64,000 nucleotides of DNA, taken from IMG/VR virus record IMGVR_UViG_3300042691_036107; one strand, 5' to 3'. The translations under genes and the position numbers were made by a program. The DNA comes from an uncultured virus (IMG/VR IMGVR_UViG_3300042691_036107) (lineage: Duplodnaviria > Heunggongvirae > Uroviricota > Caudoviricetes). Under the pieces are notes generated by a model. It did no database searches. It saw nothing but the letters and a program-made list of their open reading frames with translations, and was not told the origin of the DNA. Of the stretch, positions 46,277-55,656 are shown in pieces; within the stretch, counting starts at the first letter, position 1, and each line of letters opens with the position of its first letter.

Positions 46277-47338
46277 ATGCCTTCCGATCTGGTCACTCGG
46301 CGAGCGGCGGCACGCTTGCTGCCGCGCTCCAAGCGCATGATGGCAGAGCGCTTGGCAGATCAGCGCGATGTCGTCCTTGGGCTTCGTCTCCGTTGGGCTG
46401 CAGCGGCAACACCGGTCGAGAAGGCGGCGCTCAGCCGGAAGCTCGGCGCCGAGCTGATCAAGCTCCGGCGGCTTACAGATGCAACCAAGCTCTCGGCGCT
46501 CGACACGCCCGGCGTCATGCGAATCACGCCCTTCGCCGCGCAGGCCTTGATCACGGCGATCATCGGCGAGATTCGGCAGGTCGAGGCTGCTCTCGCCGGC
46601 AATGGCATCAAGGCCTTTCCGCTGCGGCGTACCCGTCTTCAGGTTCGGCGTCGTTTCCTGAGGAAGCGGCTGCGCCTGCTCCGGACGGGCTTCGACATCG
46701 AGCGCCCGGTGCGCCTGGCGCCCCATCTCATCAAGATCCCGCGCGTCGCGTTGGTTCTGCCCGAGGACTACGAACTGCCGACGGCTGCCGAGACGGCGAC
46801 GTTGACGCGACTCGTGGGCCTCGCACTGGTCCGTCGGCCAGGTGAGCCGCAGAAGCAGTTCCGCGATCGGCTTCGTGCCTACGTGCAGCGTGCGCTCGTG
46901 CGCTTCGTCCTGTTCCGGCGTCGTCTGAAGGCCGAGCAGGCGATTCCGGCGGCCATCGAAGAGACGGTGCGCGTCGACGCGCCAGCCCTCGAAGCTGAAG
47001 TCACGGCGGGAGGCATTGCAGCCGACCCGGTGGCGGAGCAGATGGAACCCGTGACGATGGAGACGGCGGACACGATCGCGACGGTCGCGATCGACTTGCA
47101 GCCCCCAGTGCCAGCCGAGACGATCAAGGAACCGACGGCGGCCGAAGTCGATCAGGCGGTCGTGCAAGCGAGCGTCGTGGCGGACGATCTGGCGAACGCG
47201 CCTGTTGAGCCCGCAGATCAGGCAGCGGCACTGCTGCTCGATGACAGTCCTCCCGAGCCCGAGCAGCCGTTCTACCTGAAGCGCCCCTTCCTGGTGGGGG
47301 CGGCTGTCGGTGTCGGCCTCTGGTTCATGTTCGGGTGA
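46277..47338 (+). CDS. basic/acidic protein with C-terminal membrane anchor
   Basis: GGAGGT RBS; ends PFLVGAAVGVGLWFMFG. Confidence 0.75.
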   Translation: MPSDLVTRRAAARLLPRSKRMMAERLADQRDVVLGLRLRWAAAATPVEKAALSRKLGAELIKLRRLTDATKLSALDTPGVMRITPFAAQALITAIIGEIRQVEAALAGNGIKAFPLRRTRLQVRRRFLRKRLRLLRTGFDIERPVRLAPHLIKIPRVALVLPEDYELPTAAETATLTRLVGLALVRRPGEPQKQFRDRLRAYVQRALVRFVLFRRRLKAEQAIPAAIEETVRVDAPALEAEVTAGGIAADPVAEQMEPVTMETADTIATVAIDLQPPVPAETIKEPTAAEVDQAVVQASVVADDLANAPVEPADQAAALLLDDSPPEPEQPFYLKRPFLVGAAVGVGLWFMFG

Positions 47339-47595
47339 ACCTGATGAACATGGCCAAGATCCTCCCGCTGGTCACGCAGCTCGGGAACTACCTCAAGGAA
47401 GGCGTCGAGCACTACACGATGTTGAAAGCATCGGGCGTGTCCATCGACGCAGACCTGCTCGCCGCATGGCTCGGCGGGCGCATGAGCGCTTGGGACCCGA
47501 AGCTGTCGGGCCGATCGCTCCTCGACGACCCCACGCGCGAAGCGGCAGCTCGATTCCTGGCTGGCATCGCCATCAACTTCGTAGGTGCGAAATGA
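47335..47595 (+). CDS. hypothetical protein
   Basis: GTGA coupling. Confidence 0.6.
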   Translation: MNLMNMAKILPLVTQLGNYLKEGVEHYTMLKASGVSIDADLLAAWLGGRMSAWDPKLSGRSLLDDPTREAAARFLAGIAINFVGAK

Positions 47596-48239
47596 CTGAA
47601 TCCGAGCGCATGATCGCAGCGGCCCACGCCGAACGCTCCCGTTTCCTGGCTGGAATCGGGCCGGATCTGGCGCAGGACCTGGGATCCTTCAACCTGTCTT
47701 CGCTCACGAGCGTCTTCACCGGCGGCTCTTCGGGCGGCGTGGACTTCTCGGGCGAGCCTACTCTGACGGCGGGCTCGAAGGAGAAGGATTCCGTCATCAA
47801 GCTCCAGGACACCCTGGAACAGCTCGGCTTCTCTCCCGGGACGGTGGACGGTATCTTCGGCTCCAAGACGACCGCCGCGGTCAAGGCCTTCCAGGGCTCC
47901 GTGGGCCTGTCGGCTTCTGGGACGGTCGATGCCGCGACCTGGAAGGCGCTCGGCGACGCGCTCGGGGGGTCCGTGTCGGGCAAGAGCGGAGCGTCGAGTG
48001 GAAGCGGCAAGGGCGTCGAAGCTGTGACTGCCGGCCTCCTACTCGGCTCGTCGGCGTTGAACGCCTACTCGGCGGCGGCAGGGTCGAAGAAGAAGGGCAA
48101 GAAGGGCAAGAAGGCTTTCGTGCCGTCCGAGCCGTTGCCCTCTTCGGAGGGTTCGATCCTGCCCGTCGTCATCGGTGGGCTCGTCGTGGTCGGTCTGCTC
48201 GGCGGTGTCGCGTACTTCATGTCTCGGAAGTCGGAGTAG
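47592..48239 (+). CDS. peptidoglycan-binding domain protein with C-terminal TM helix
   Basis: VIKLQDTLEQLGF..DGIFGSKTTAAVKAFQ..GL.ASGTVDAATW. Confidence 0.85.
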   Translation: MTESERMIAAAHAERSRFLAGIGPDLAQDLGSFNLSSLTSVFTGGSSGGVDFSGEPTLTAGSKEKDSVIKLQDTLEQLGFSPGTVDGIFGSKTTAAVKAFQGSVGLSASGTVDAATWKALGDALGGSVSGKSGASSGSGKGVEAVTAGLLLGSSALNAYSAAAGSKKKGKKGKKAFVPSEPLPSSEGSILPVVIGGLVVVGLLGGVAYFMSRKSE

Positions 48240-48242
48240 ACC

Positions 48243-48671
48243 ATGAGCACCCGTCGTGCACGCCGCGCTCGTACAATGCTGACGACCTTCCGGGCGGGGG
48301 CGGGTTACGGGGCGGTTTTCGCCCCGTCAAGCAAGTTCCAGCCTTACGGGTTTTCGGAGGCGTTGATCCCGCTCATCGGTGCGGGGAGCGCGCTTGCATC
48401 GACCTCCGTCACGACCATCGCGTCGGCTGTCCAGGCCGGGAAGAGTCGGAAGCATGACCTGGCGATGCAAGAGGGTTCTGGCAAGTTGGCGCTGAAGGAG
48501 TCCAAGCTCGCCGCGCAGCAGGCCAAGGTCGAAGCGGCGAAGGCTGCAGCAGAAGAAGCGAAGGCCTCGTCCACTCGCGCGGTGATCGGCTGGACGGCCG
48601 GTGCTGTCATCCTGTTGGGGCTCGCCGGCATCTTCGCCTGGACGTACGTGAAGAAGAACGAGGAGAAGTAG
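48243..48671 (+). CDS. small membrane-anchored putative virion protein
   Basis: C-terminal TM + basic tail. Confidence 0.7.
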   Translation: MSTRRARRARTMLTTFRAGAGYGAVFAPSSKFQPYGFSEALIPLIGAGSALASTSVTTIASAVQAGKSRKHDLAMQEGSGKLALKESKLAAQQAKVEAAKAAAEEAKASSTRAVIGWTAGAVILLGLAGIFAWTYVKKNEEK

Positions 48672-48672
48672 G

Positions 48673-49143
48673 ATGTACCTGCACTTTACTCCATCTGAAT
48701 ACTCCTTGCCTTCGTCCGCGTACGGGGAAGCACCTGCGTCGGCTCCCGTGATGGCGCCCGAAGCGCCCCCGGCCACGTCGAGCGGCGGAGGGTTCGCTCA
48801 ATACGTCCCGCTGGTCGGTCAGATCGTCGGCGGCGTGTTCGGCAGCACGGACCCGCGCGAGGAAGCCGCGATCATCCGGGCTAAGATCGAGAACAAGAAG
48901 CAGCTTCGGCGACAGTTCCCGTTCATGGCCCTCATCTACGATTCCGAGATCCGCAAGCTCCAGGAGCGGCTGGTCGTGGTGGAGAAGCAGGCCGAAGAGG
49001 CCCAGAGTTCGGTCAACAGCACGCAGACGGCGAAGACGCTCCTGTTGGCAGGCGGCGGTGTCATGCTGATCAGTGGTCTCGTGATCACCGTCGGGCTCGC
49101 TGGCGTGGCCTACCGGATCTGGAAGCCGGCTGTCCGAGCCTAG
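48673..49143 (+). CDS. small membrane-anchored putative virion protein
   Basis: Coiled coil + C-terminal TM. Confidence 0.7.
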   Translation: MYLHFTPSEYSLPSSAYGEAPASAPVMAPEAPPATSSGGGFAQYVPLVGQIVGGVFGSTDPREEAAIIRAKIENKKQLRRQFPFMALIYDSEIRKLQERLVVVEKQAEEAQSSVNSTQTAKTLLLAGGGVMLISGLVITVGLAGVAYRIWKPAVRA

Positions 49144-49145
49144 AA

Positions 49146-50072
49146 GTGGGCAAGTCCAAGGCCAAGCCGAAGAAGGACACGGGGCCAGGAGATCTGACCC
49201 CGGCCGCGCTGTGGCGAATCAAGGAGCCTTGGGACGGGCGGCCCGCAGACACGCTGGGTAACGCATCGCGCATCTTCGGGGTCAAGACGAGCGCGGACGG
49301 CGCGCGTTCGATGGCGACAGGATGGCGCCCTCCGGCGCTAGAGAAGTTCCGAAGCCTGGAACGGCGTGCTGTCATCTACGGTGGCTTGGTCGCTCTTCAG
49401 GCGGGCGGCATCGAGCCTTGGGTTCGGCTTCCGCTTGATCGTGTCCCCCCGATCAAGCTCGTCGGTGACGACTCAGCCCGCGTGTTGCTCAAGTTCGCGG
49501 CTACCGACCGCAACAAGCCGTTCAAGGACTTGACCGAGGCAGCCGAGCACATCCGGAAGCAGGTCAAGAACGCGGGGCTCGAAGCTGCGGCTTGGTACGC
49601 GCGCGGGCTGACGCTCATCAACACGGCGTTGGTTGGGCAGAAGAAGCAAGGAGCTGTCGAAGCGGCTGTCGCGACCGGGTTGGGCGCGACTTCGACAGCG
49701 CTCACGGGTACGGTTGTTGGCATCATCGCAGTTCCGTTTGTCGAAGCTGCCGCGCTGGTCACGGTGGGACTCACGACACGTACGGCTGCAGAGCAGATGC
49801 GCTCCAACTTGATGGTGCAGAGCTTCTCCCGGAAGTTTGCGGAGGAGCTTGACTTGTGGGCCCTGCGCCAGAAGCGGCAGGTGATCCGAGATCAGCAACT
49901 TCTGATTGCGTCTCAGCTCGAAGCGGCGCAAGCAGAGCAGGAAGAAGCAGAGCAAGCCGCGCAAGAGCAGGCGGACAAGATCGTCTCTGCTGTTCAGGTC
50001 ACCAGCGTCCTCCTGGGCCTGGTGATCACCGGAATCGTGATCGAGCGCGTTGCGCGGCGGAGGAAGGAATGA
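49146..50072 (+). CDS. membrane protein, putative virion component
   Basis: Two hydrophobic regions, C-terminal TM + RRRKE. Confidence 0.7.
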   Translation: MGKSKAKPKKDTGPGDLTPAALWRIKEPWDGRPADTLGNASRIFGVKTSADGARSMATGWRPPALEKFRSLERRAVIYGGLVALQAGGIEPWVRLPLDRVPPIKLVGDDSARVLLKFAATDRNKPFKDLTEAAEHIRKQVKNAGLEAAAWYARGLTLINTALVGQKKQGAVEAAVATGLGATSTALTGTVVGIIAVPFVEAAALVTVGLTTRTAAEQMRSNLMVQSFSRKFAEELDLWALRQKRQVIRDQQLLIASQLEAAQAEQEEAEQAAQEQADKIVSAVQVTSVLLGLVITGIVIERVARRRKE

Positions 50073-50716
50073 AGGCGAAGCGGAACTCGGGTGTCTCTGT
50101 CGCGCCTACGCTCAAGCTGACTCAGGAGCAGCTCCAGCAAGGCACGAGCGCGTTCACGGACTGGCACTGGGGTGTAGGCCCGGAGAAGGTCATCGACTGG
50201 AACGACGAGGACATGCCGAAGACGCTGGTCTCGTGCGGGCAGCTCATCCGGCTGCACGTTCGGCTTCCGCGCTCGGGCAACCGGCACCCGCGGCAGGAGC
50301 GGGACACGATGATCCAGCTCAGCCGAGCGGTGAGTGACAACAGCTTCGTCGCCTACGACCTCGATCACCCCGCACAACGCCTCTACCTGTGCGTCGACCC
50401 CCGCGCTCGCGCGATGCTCAAGTCGAAGCTCTGGGACAGCAACGACGCGCCGACCCTCGACCTGAACCATCTCGCGCAGATCGCCGGTGGTCGGCATGGC
50501 AAGCGGCCCGACTACCCGTCCGTGCAGGTCAAGCCTGTCGGCATTCTAACGGCACTTGTCTACTTCGCGCATAAGCAGGGTGATGGTCCCAGTTACTACA
50601 TCCACCAGATGGCCGAGATGTCGGGCGTGCATCCGATCCTGGCCGTCGATAGTGCCGGTCGTCTCTGGCTTGCCGGCGGGGGGTACACCGCACCCACTCC
50701 TGGCATCACTGACTGA
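50069..50716 (+). CDS. hypothetical putative virion protein
   Basis: MKAKRNSG start; ends GGGYTAPTPGITD. Confidence 0.7.
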   Translation: MKAKRNSGVSVAPTLKLTQEQLQQGTSAFTDWHWGVGPEKVIDWNDEDMPKTLVSCGQLIRLHVRLPRSGNRHPRQERDTMIQLSRAVSDNSFVAYDLDHPAQRLYLCVDPRARAMLKSKLWDSNDAPTLDLNHLAQIAGGRHGKRPDYPSVQVKPVGILTALVYFAHKQGDGPSYYIHQMAEMSGVHPILAVDSAGRLWLAGGGYTAPTPGITD

Positions 50717-50784
50717 TTAAGTCCCTCGATGGGGCTTGCAGTCGACCCCTCAGCTCGATACGCTTCTCCTGAACAGGAGGTCGT

Positions 50785-51660
50785 ATGAGCAAGGACAAGA
50801 AGTGTCGAGGCCCAAACTGCACTCGCGATGTGAAAGCGCGGGGTCTGTGCAACGGGCACTATCAACAGGAGAAGCAAGGCCGTCCGCTAGCGGCCTTGCA
50901 AGAGAAGAGCCGCCGCGGTTCGATGACGGGCATGAAGTGCAGCTTCGAAGGCTGCGGGCGTGATGCCATCTGCCGCAACTTCTGTGACGGGCACTATCAG
51001 CAGTTTCGCGCGGGTCGAGAGCTGGAGCCGCTCCAAGTGCAGCACACGCGATGCACTATCGAAGGGTGTTCGGCTGTGCACGAGGCCCGAGGTTTCTGCG
51101 CGCACCACTATGAGAAGTGGCGCCGACACGGGTCTGCCACAGCGCGTACGCGGAGGGACGGCAGTTCCGTTGAGCTGGATGAGAGCGGTGCGCTTCACGT
51201 CGTCTTGGAGGGCAAGTTCGGCGGTGTCATGCAGTTCGACGAGGCGGATCGAAGCACCGTCGAGGGTCATCGATTTTGGGGGACGAAGGCAGGATACGCG
51301 GCTCTCAAGCTCAACGGGCGTCGAACTCTTGCTCATCGTTGGCTTCTCGGGCTCGATGTTGACGACCCGCACCAGGTGGACCATATCAACGGGAATCGCC
51401 TCGACAATCGGCGGTCGAACTTGCGCGTGGTCACCTTCGAGCAGCAGATGCAGAACAAGAAGCCCTGGGGCGAGACGGGTCACCGGAACGTGACGTACGA
51501 CGCGAACAAGGACCTGTATCGCGTGGTCGTGACCCTGGACGGGCGGCGCCACTCGGGTGGGCGGCACAAGCGGCTCGAAGATGCGATCGAGGCAGCGAAG
51601 CAGCTTCGCGCTCGGCTGTTCACGCACCACGTCGAGGAGCGGTGCGTGAAGGAGGACTAG
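50785..51660 (+). CDS. HNH endonuclease with AP2-like domain and N-terminal Cys/His repeats
   Basis: Three C-x4-C...CxxHY repeats; VDHINGNRLDNRRSNLR; AP2-like C-terminus. Confidence 0.9.
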   Translation: MSKDKKCRGPNCTRDVKARGLCNGHYQQEKQGRPLAALQEKSRRGSMTGMKCSFEGCGRDAICRNFCDGHYQQFRAGRELEPLQVQHTRCTIEGCSAVHEARGFCAHHYEKWRRHGSATARTRRDGSSVELDESGALHVVLEGKFGGVMQFDEADRSTVEGHRFWGTKAGYAALKLNGRRTLAHRWLLGLDVDDPHQVDHINGNRLDNRRSNLRVVTFEQQMQNKKPWGETGHRNVTYDANKDLYRVVVTLDGRRHSGGRHKRLEDAIEAAKQLRARLFTHHVEERCVKED

Positions 51661-51676
51661 GGCTGGGTCGGGTCCA

Positions 51677-52084
51677 CTACCAGAAGCGGTCGTACTGCTC
51701 TCCGGGGAACCTGTCGTAATGGTCGTCGTACGCTGACTTATCAGATGAAGAGGTCAATCCCGCGCAGACACCAAGTCCGAAGGCCAGCGCAAGCACGACG
51801 AGCAGCGTCTGTGCAACAGCCGTCACCAGGTTGCGTGTCCAGAACAAGCGACTCACGAACAGGAGCAAGGTGGCGATGTGCGGGTAGGTACTTACGAACA
51901 CTACGCCGTAGATGAGCCCGAACATCAAGAGACAGAAGCCCACGAGCTGAAGTGGTACGCCGACCAGCAAGAGTCCCGCGCCGCGGAGCAGGAAGCTCAT
52001 CGTGTCGTCCGGCATGAGCCTCGCTGCGACTAGGCAGGCCGTACCGAAAAGAACAAGTAGAACCAGCGTTCCTCCGAGCGTCAC
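51677..52084 (-). CDS. small integral membrane protein
   Basis: Multiple hydrophobic segments; AGGAG RBS on minus strand. Confidence 0.65.
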   Translation of the reverse strand: MTLGGTLVLLVLFGTACLVAARLMPDDTMSFLLRGAGLLLVGVPLQLVGFCLLMFGLIYGVVFVSTYPHIATLLLFVSRLFWTRNLVTAVAQTLLVVLALAFGLGVCAGLTSSSDKSAYDDHYDRFPGEQYDRFW

Positions 52085-52209
52085 TGGATCTCCTACATCG
52101 AGTTGTCATTTGTCACAGGCACGAGTGGTGTAGCACGAGATCCGAGCCGGGACAAGGGCGGCCTGTCTCACAGGCCTGTTACGCCGTACACGAGGAGAAC
52201 CGACTAGCC

Positions 52210-52716
52210 ATGCGCCGCAATCCCGTGGAGTGTCTGAAGTGCAGCGGAACGGGGTACATCCCTCGTTTCGGTCACTACGCGCAGGGCGTCTGCTTCGACT
52301 GCGGTGGAACGGGGTTCGAGCGGCCTAGACGGGGCAGTCAGGCGCTTCCGTCTCCTCCGCCGAAGAAGGCGCCAGAGTGGGTACGAGACGAGAGCGGGAT
52401 GAAGCTGCTCAACCGCCGTTGGGACCTGTGGCGCTCGACAGAGGACCCTTCGCGGTACGTGCTGTCGGTCCCAGGACCGAACATGATCGGCGTCCTCCAC
52501 CTGACGCTCCGAGGTCGGAAGTTCAGCGACAACTTCCCCGACAGCGGGTCGCGCGAGGCGATTGAGCACGTCCTCGTGAAGACCTATCCGGTGTTCACCC
52601 AGGACGAGATCGATGAACTCGACTATGGGTCGAGCGACGCGGTGGTTGACCGCATCTGGAGTCGGTTCTTCGACTTCAAGAAGGCCATGATCGCGGCGTT
52701 GAACGACCCGGGTTAA
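52210..52716 (+). CDS. zinc-finger protein starting MRRNP
   Basis: CLKCSGTG, CFDCGGTG. Confidence 0.7.
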   Translation: MRRNPVECLKCSGTGYIPRFGHYAQGVCFDCGGTGFERPRRGSQALPSPPPKKAPEWVRDESGMKLLNRRWDLWRSTEDPSRYVLSVPGPNMIGVLHLTLRGRKFSDNFPDSGSREAIEHVLVKTYPVFTQDEIDELDYGSSDAVVDRIWSRFFDFKKAMIAALNDPG

Positions 52717-52739
52717 CCCTCGGTACGGATGGCACAGGC

Positions 52740-53270
52740 ATGAGCACGTTCCAGAACGACATCAAGAAGACGGCCCAGTTCTGGCAAGACGCGCAGGCCG
52801 AAGTGCGGCGTGTGCTGAACACGTCCTGGTCGACCCTGTGGTGGACGTGCCAGTCGCCGTTCCTGTTCGGGGCGCATTACGACCGGCAGGACATCAAGAC
52901 GGACCGCATCGAGTTGTTCAAGGGCAATCACGCCTACACGGTGCGCTTCGATCGGTTCGTCGGTCCCGAAGAGTGGTTGGACGTGTTCTTGACGCTCGAC
53001 ATGGTGCTGCGTCTGTGCACGCACCTTCGGGGACGTTCGATGTTCGATGTCGATTTTGATGCCGAGCTGCAGCTCTACGTCATGGAAGACGGTGTGCTGG
53101 TCTACTACACCGAGCACACGCGCCATGCCGTGGACATGACGGCCGACATCAGTCGGCTGTGGCCGGTTCGGCACGAGATGTACGCCCATGATTGGGCGAA
53201 GATGCAGCAGGGTGCGGGATCGCGGGCGCTGATGGACTGGGACGAGCCGTCCTACTTGTCCGAGTCCTAG
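52740..53270 (+). CDS. hypothetical protein
   Basis: Coding-like ORF. Confidence 0.6.
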   Translation: MSTFQNDIKKTAQFWQDAQAEVRRVLNTSWSTLWWTCQSPFLFGAHYDRQDIKTDRIELFKGNHAYTVRFDRFVGPEEWLDVFLTLDMVLRLCTHLRGRSMFDVDFDAELQLYVMEDGVLVYYTEHTRHAVDMTADISRLWPVRHEMYAHDWAKMQQGAGSRALMDWDEPSYLSES

Positions 53271-53599
53271 TCATCGCTTCGTGACCGGGACCGCAGGAAG
53301 CTCCGGGATGAGGGCTCGGAGCTTGCGCGCGGCTTCGCGGTACAACGCCGCGTTGGTGTCGTCTCCACGAGCATAAGCCGTCCCGCTCGCGTTCGTGTAC
53401 GCGATAGCGAGAGCTTCCAGGGTCTGCTTGGCATCGGTCATGTCGTTCTCCTCCGTTCGGTTTCGTTTCGGGTTGCCATCTGTGCAGAGCCTGACGTTCT
53501 TGCACGCCTCACACGGGCCTTCGCTGGTCCCCATGCCTTTCTGGATCTTCTTCAACGCCCAGGCGTCGTACGGATCCAGGCAGTCGACGCAGAGCCACA

Positions 53600-53857
53600 T
53601 CAGTGATCTCCAGACGGGAGCGTCGTGGCGTACAGGCAGTCCGCGTAGGTGCGGTAGTACATGCCCGTCTTCTTGTCGACCCACTCTGACGGGCCGCCAG
53701 TGTGGTTGATGACACGCCCGCTGCTGTCGCCTTCGTAGATGATTTGACCGCCAGAGTAGCAGGTGATGTGACGGCCCTCGTCTCGGGCCGCCGACCGCGC
53801 GGCATCCACGTCCGCGCAACCGAGAGTCAAGAAGCCGAGCATCAACCAGCGCATCAT
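53600..53857 (-). CDS. small predicted lipoprotein
   Basis: MRWLMLGFLTLGC lipobox-like; part of a minus-strand small-gene operon (53271-54269). Confidence 0.55.
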   Translation of the reverse strand: MMRWLMLGFLTLGCADVDAARSAARDEGRHITCYSGGQIIYEGDSSGRVINHTGGPSEWVDKKTGMYYRTYADCLYATTLPSGDH

Positions 53858-54044
53858 GTCTCCTTGTTCAGTGAAGCGGGGACCAGGCGGGTGCCCAGGC
53901 AGTCCGGGCAGTTCGCGAGCATGTGCTGCCGGACCATCGGTCCCTTTCGCCAGAGCGGACCTGGATTGTCCCGGTTCTCGGTGTAGCAGAGCGGGAAGCC
54001 GGCGTCGTAGATGTGGACGACGTTCGTTTCGTTGATCGCGTCGC

Positions 54045-54269
54045 TCATGCGCCGTCGTCCTCACTCGCGTCTTCGTACTCGTTCTCGTCCGCGAGGTAGC
54101 ATTCGACGAGATCCCACTCGGCGCTGGGCTCACACTCTTCGAACTCTGCCCAGGCGAGCTTGATCGCCTCGGCCTCGCTCTCCGCTTCAACTTCCGTGTC
54201 GAAGCCACCTTGGGGCTCGAATCGGATCACGTACACACGCTTCTTCTTCAGGTCCTTGTCCTTGCTCAT
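54045..54269 (-). CDS. small acidic hypothetical protein
   Basis: GAGGAG RBS; EVEAESEAEAIKLA. Confidence 0.65.
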   Translation of the reverse strand: MSKDKDLKKKRVYVIRFEPQGGFDTEVEAESEAEAIKLAWAEFEECEPSAEWDLVECYLADENEYEDASEDDGA

Positions 54270-54399
54270 GGGCGCTCCTCGGTGTCGTGTCCTCTCTAGC
54301 CCGTGCGTTGTCAGATGTCAATGCGCCTGTAGCACGAGACTTGGATTCGCACTGATCCGGCTTGCGCTAGACTTCTTCTGACTGTCTCGGGAGAAGCAC

Positions 54400-54624
54400 A
54401 TGGCGATCAACCCTGACGTTGCCGCTTTGGTCCTCGACCTCGTGGTGCGCCTGATCGACGAGAGCATCGACGCCGAGGACTTCCAGGCCCTGCGAGACAA
54501 GATCAGTACCGCCATCGACAGGCTCGACGAGCCCAAGCCGGAGCGCCTGGTCAACCGTGCCGAGCGTCTCGAAGCCCGTGCCATCGAGCTTCGCATCCGC
54601 GCTGCGAAGCTGTCGGCCAACTGA
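54400..54624 (+). CDS. hypothetical protein
   Basis: GGAG RBS; biased codons. Confidence 0.65.
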   Translation: MAINPDVAALVLDLVVRLIDESIDAEDFQALRDKISTAIDRLDEPKPERLVNRAERLEARAIELRIRAAKLSAN

Positions 54625-54646
54625 GCCAGAACCGAGGAATCACGCC

Positions 54647-55204
54647 ATGTCGCGCCATTTCCAGCCCAGCGCCGTCTCTGCCAAGAACAACCCGTTCTAC
54701 GACTACATCCCGATCGTGGCGGCGGTTCAGTACGCGACAGGCTCAGGCCCGTACGCGCCGGCGGCCCCTACCGTGCCTTCGACAACGTCGCCGGGAACCG
54801 TGGACCCGAAGTCCTACGTTGAAGTGCTCGACGATCAAGGCACGAAGTTCTCCGTGCGGAGCAATGGGCACATCGAGGCGCTCTCGGGTCCGGTCAAGGG
54901 CACGGTCTTCAAGCCGAGCGATTCGGCGTACAGTAAGGTGCTGTCGAACCTGGCCACGCGCGTTCCGGCCAACCGCGTGCAGCTCGAAGCCGTACTCGGC
55001 ACCGCGAAGGTGGCGGCTGCGATTTCCGGATCTTCGAGCATGATGCCTGTGTTCAGCTCGGCCGGAGCTGTGCCTGTGGCTACGCTCGAAGAAGCAGGCG
55101 TGAAGGTGCCCATTTGGAAGAAGCCGTGGTTCGCCCCCGCTATGATCGTGGGCGTCTCGGCGATCGTCGCTGGAGCGATCGTGTTCTGGCCGAAGAAGAA
55201 CTAG
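54647..55204 (+). CDS. membrane-anchored putative virion protein
   Basis: KNNP near N-terminus; PIWKKPWF + TM + PKKN. Confidence 0.7.
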   Translation: MSRHFQPSAVSAKNNPFYDYIPIVAAVQYATGSGPYAPAAPTVPSTTSPGTVDPKSYVEVLDDQGTKFSVRSNGHIEALSGPVKGTVFKPSDSAYSKVLSNLATRVPANRVQLEAVLGTAKVAAAISGSSSMMPVFSSAGAVPVATLEEAGVKVPIWKKPWFAPAMIVGVSAIVAGAIVFWPKKN

Positions 55205-55452
55205 CTCGCGAGCATCGGCGTGCTGATGATCAGCACTTCTTCTTCGAGAATCGGCGGCGGAGCGTTCTCCAGCCGCCTGACCCCTTCGTGAGCCAGCAGG
55301 AAGTTGTAGCAGGCGTGTCGAACTAGATCTGACACGGTGACATGCTGTTGCGTCCGCTCGGACTCTTCCTCGGCGACTTCTTGAAGCCGGTCGAAGATTG
55401 TCTTCCGCATCCGGACGCGCATGAGGTGGTGCTTGTCATTCTGATTGGCCAC
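55201..55452 (-). CDS. ribbon-helix-helix transcription regulator
   Basis: LMRVRMRKTIFDRLQEVAEE...TVSDLVRHAC. Confidence 0.7.
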   Translation of the reverse strand: MANQNDKHHLMRVRMRKTIFDRLQEVAEEESERTQQHVTVSDLVRHACYNFLLAHEGVRRLENAPPPILEEEVLIISTPMLAS

Positions 55453-55656
55453 TTTGAACCTCCCTCGATCGGAGTCAAGGGGTTGGCGAATATTTAGAAG
55501 GCACTGAATCGTAGCACTCGCGCACCATGATCACCAGTTGTCCAAACAAGATTCTCGTATGAGACTGATTCTGCAATCACGCGTGAGGTCCACGTGGACT
55601 CGGCGCTGCCGCCCCTCTCCGGGGCAATCCTGATCAGCAACCCAAGGAGGGAGTCC

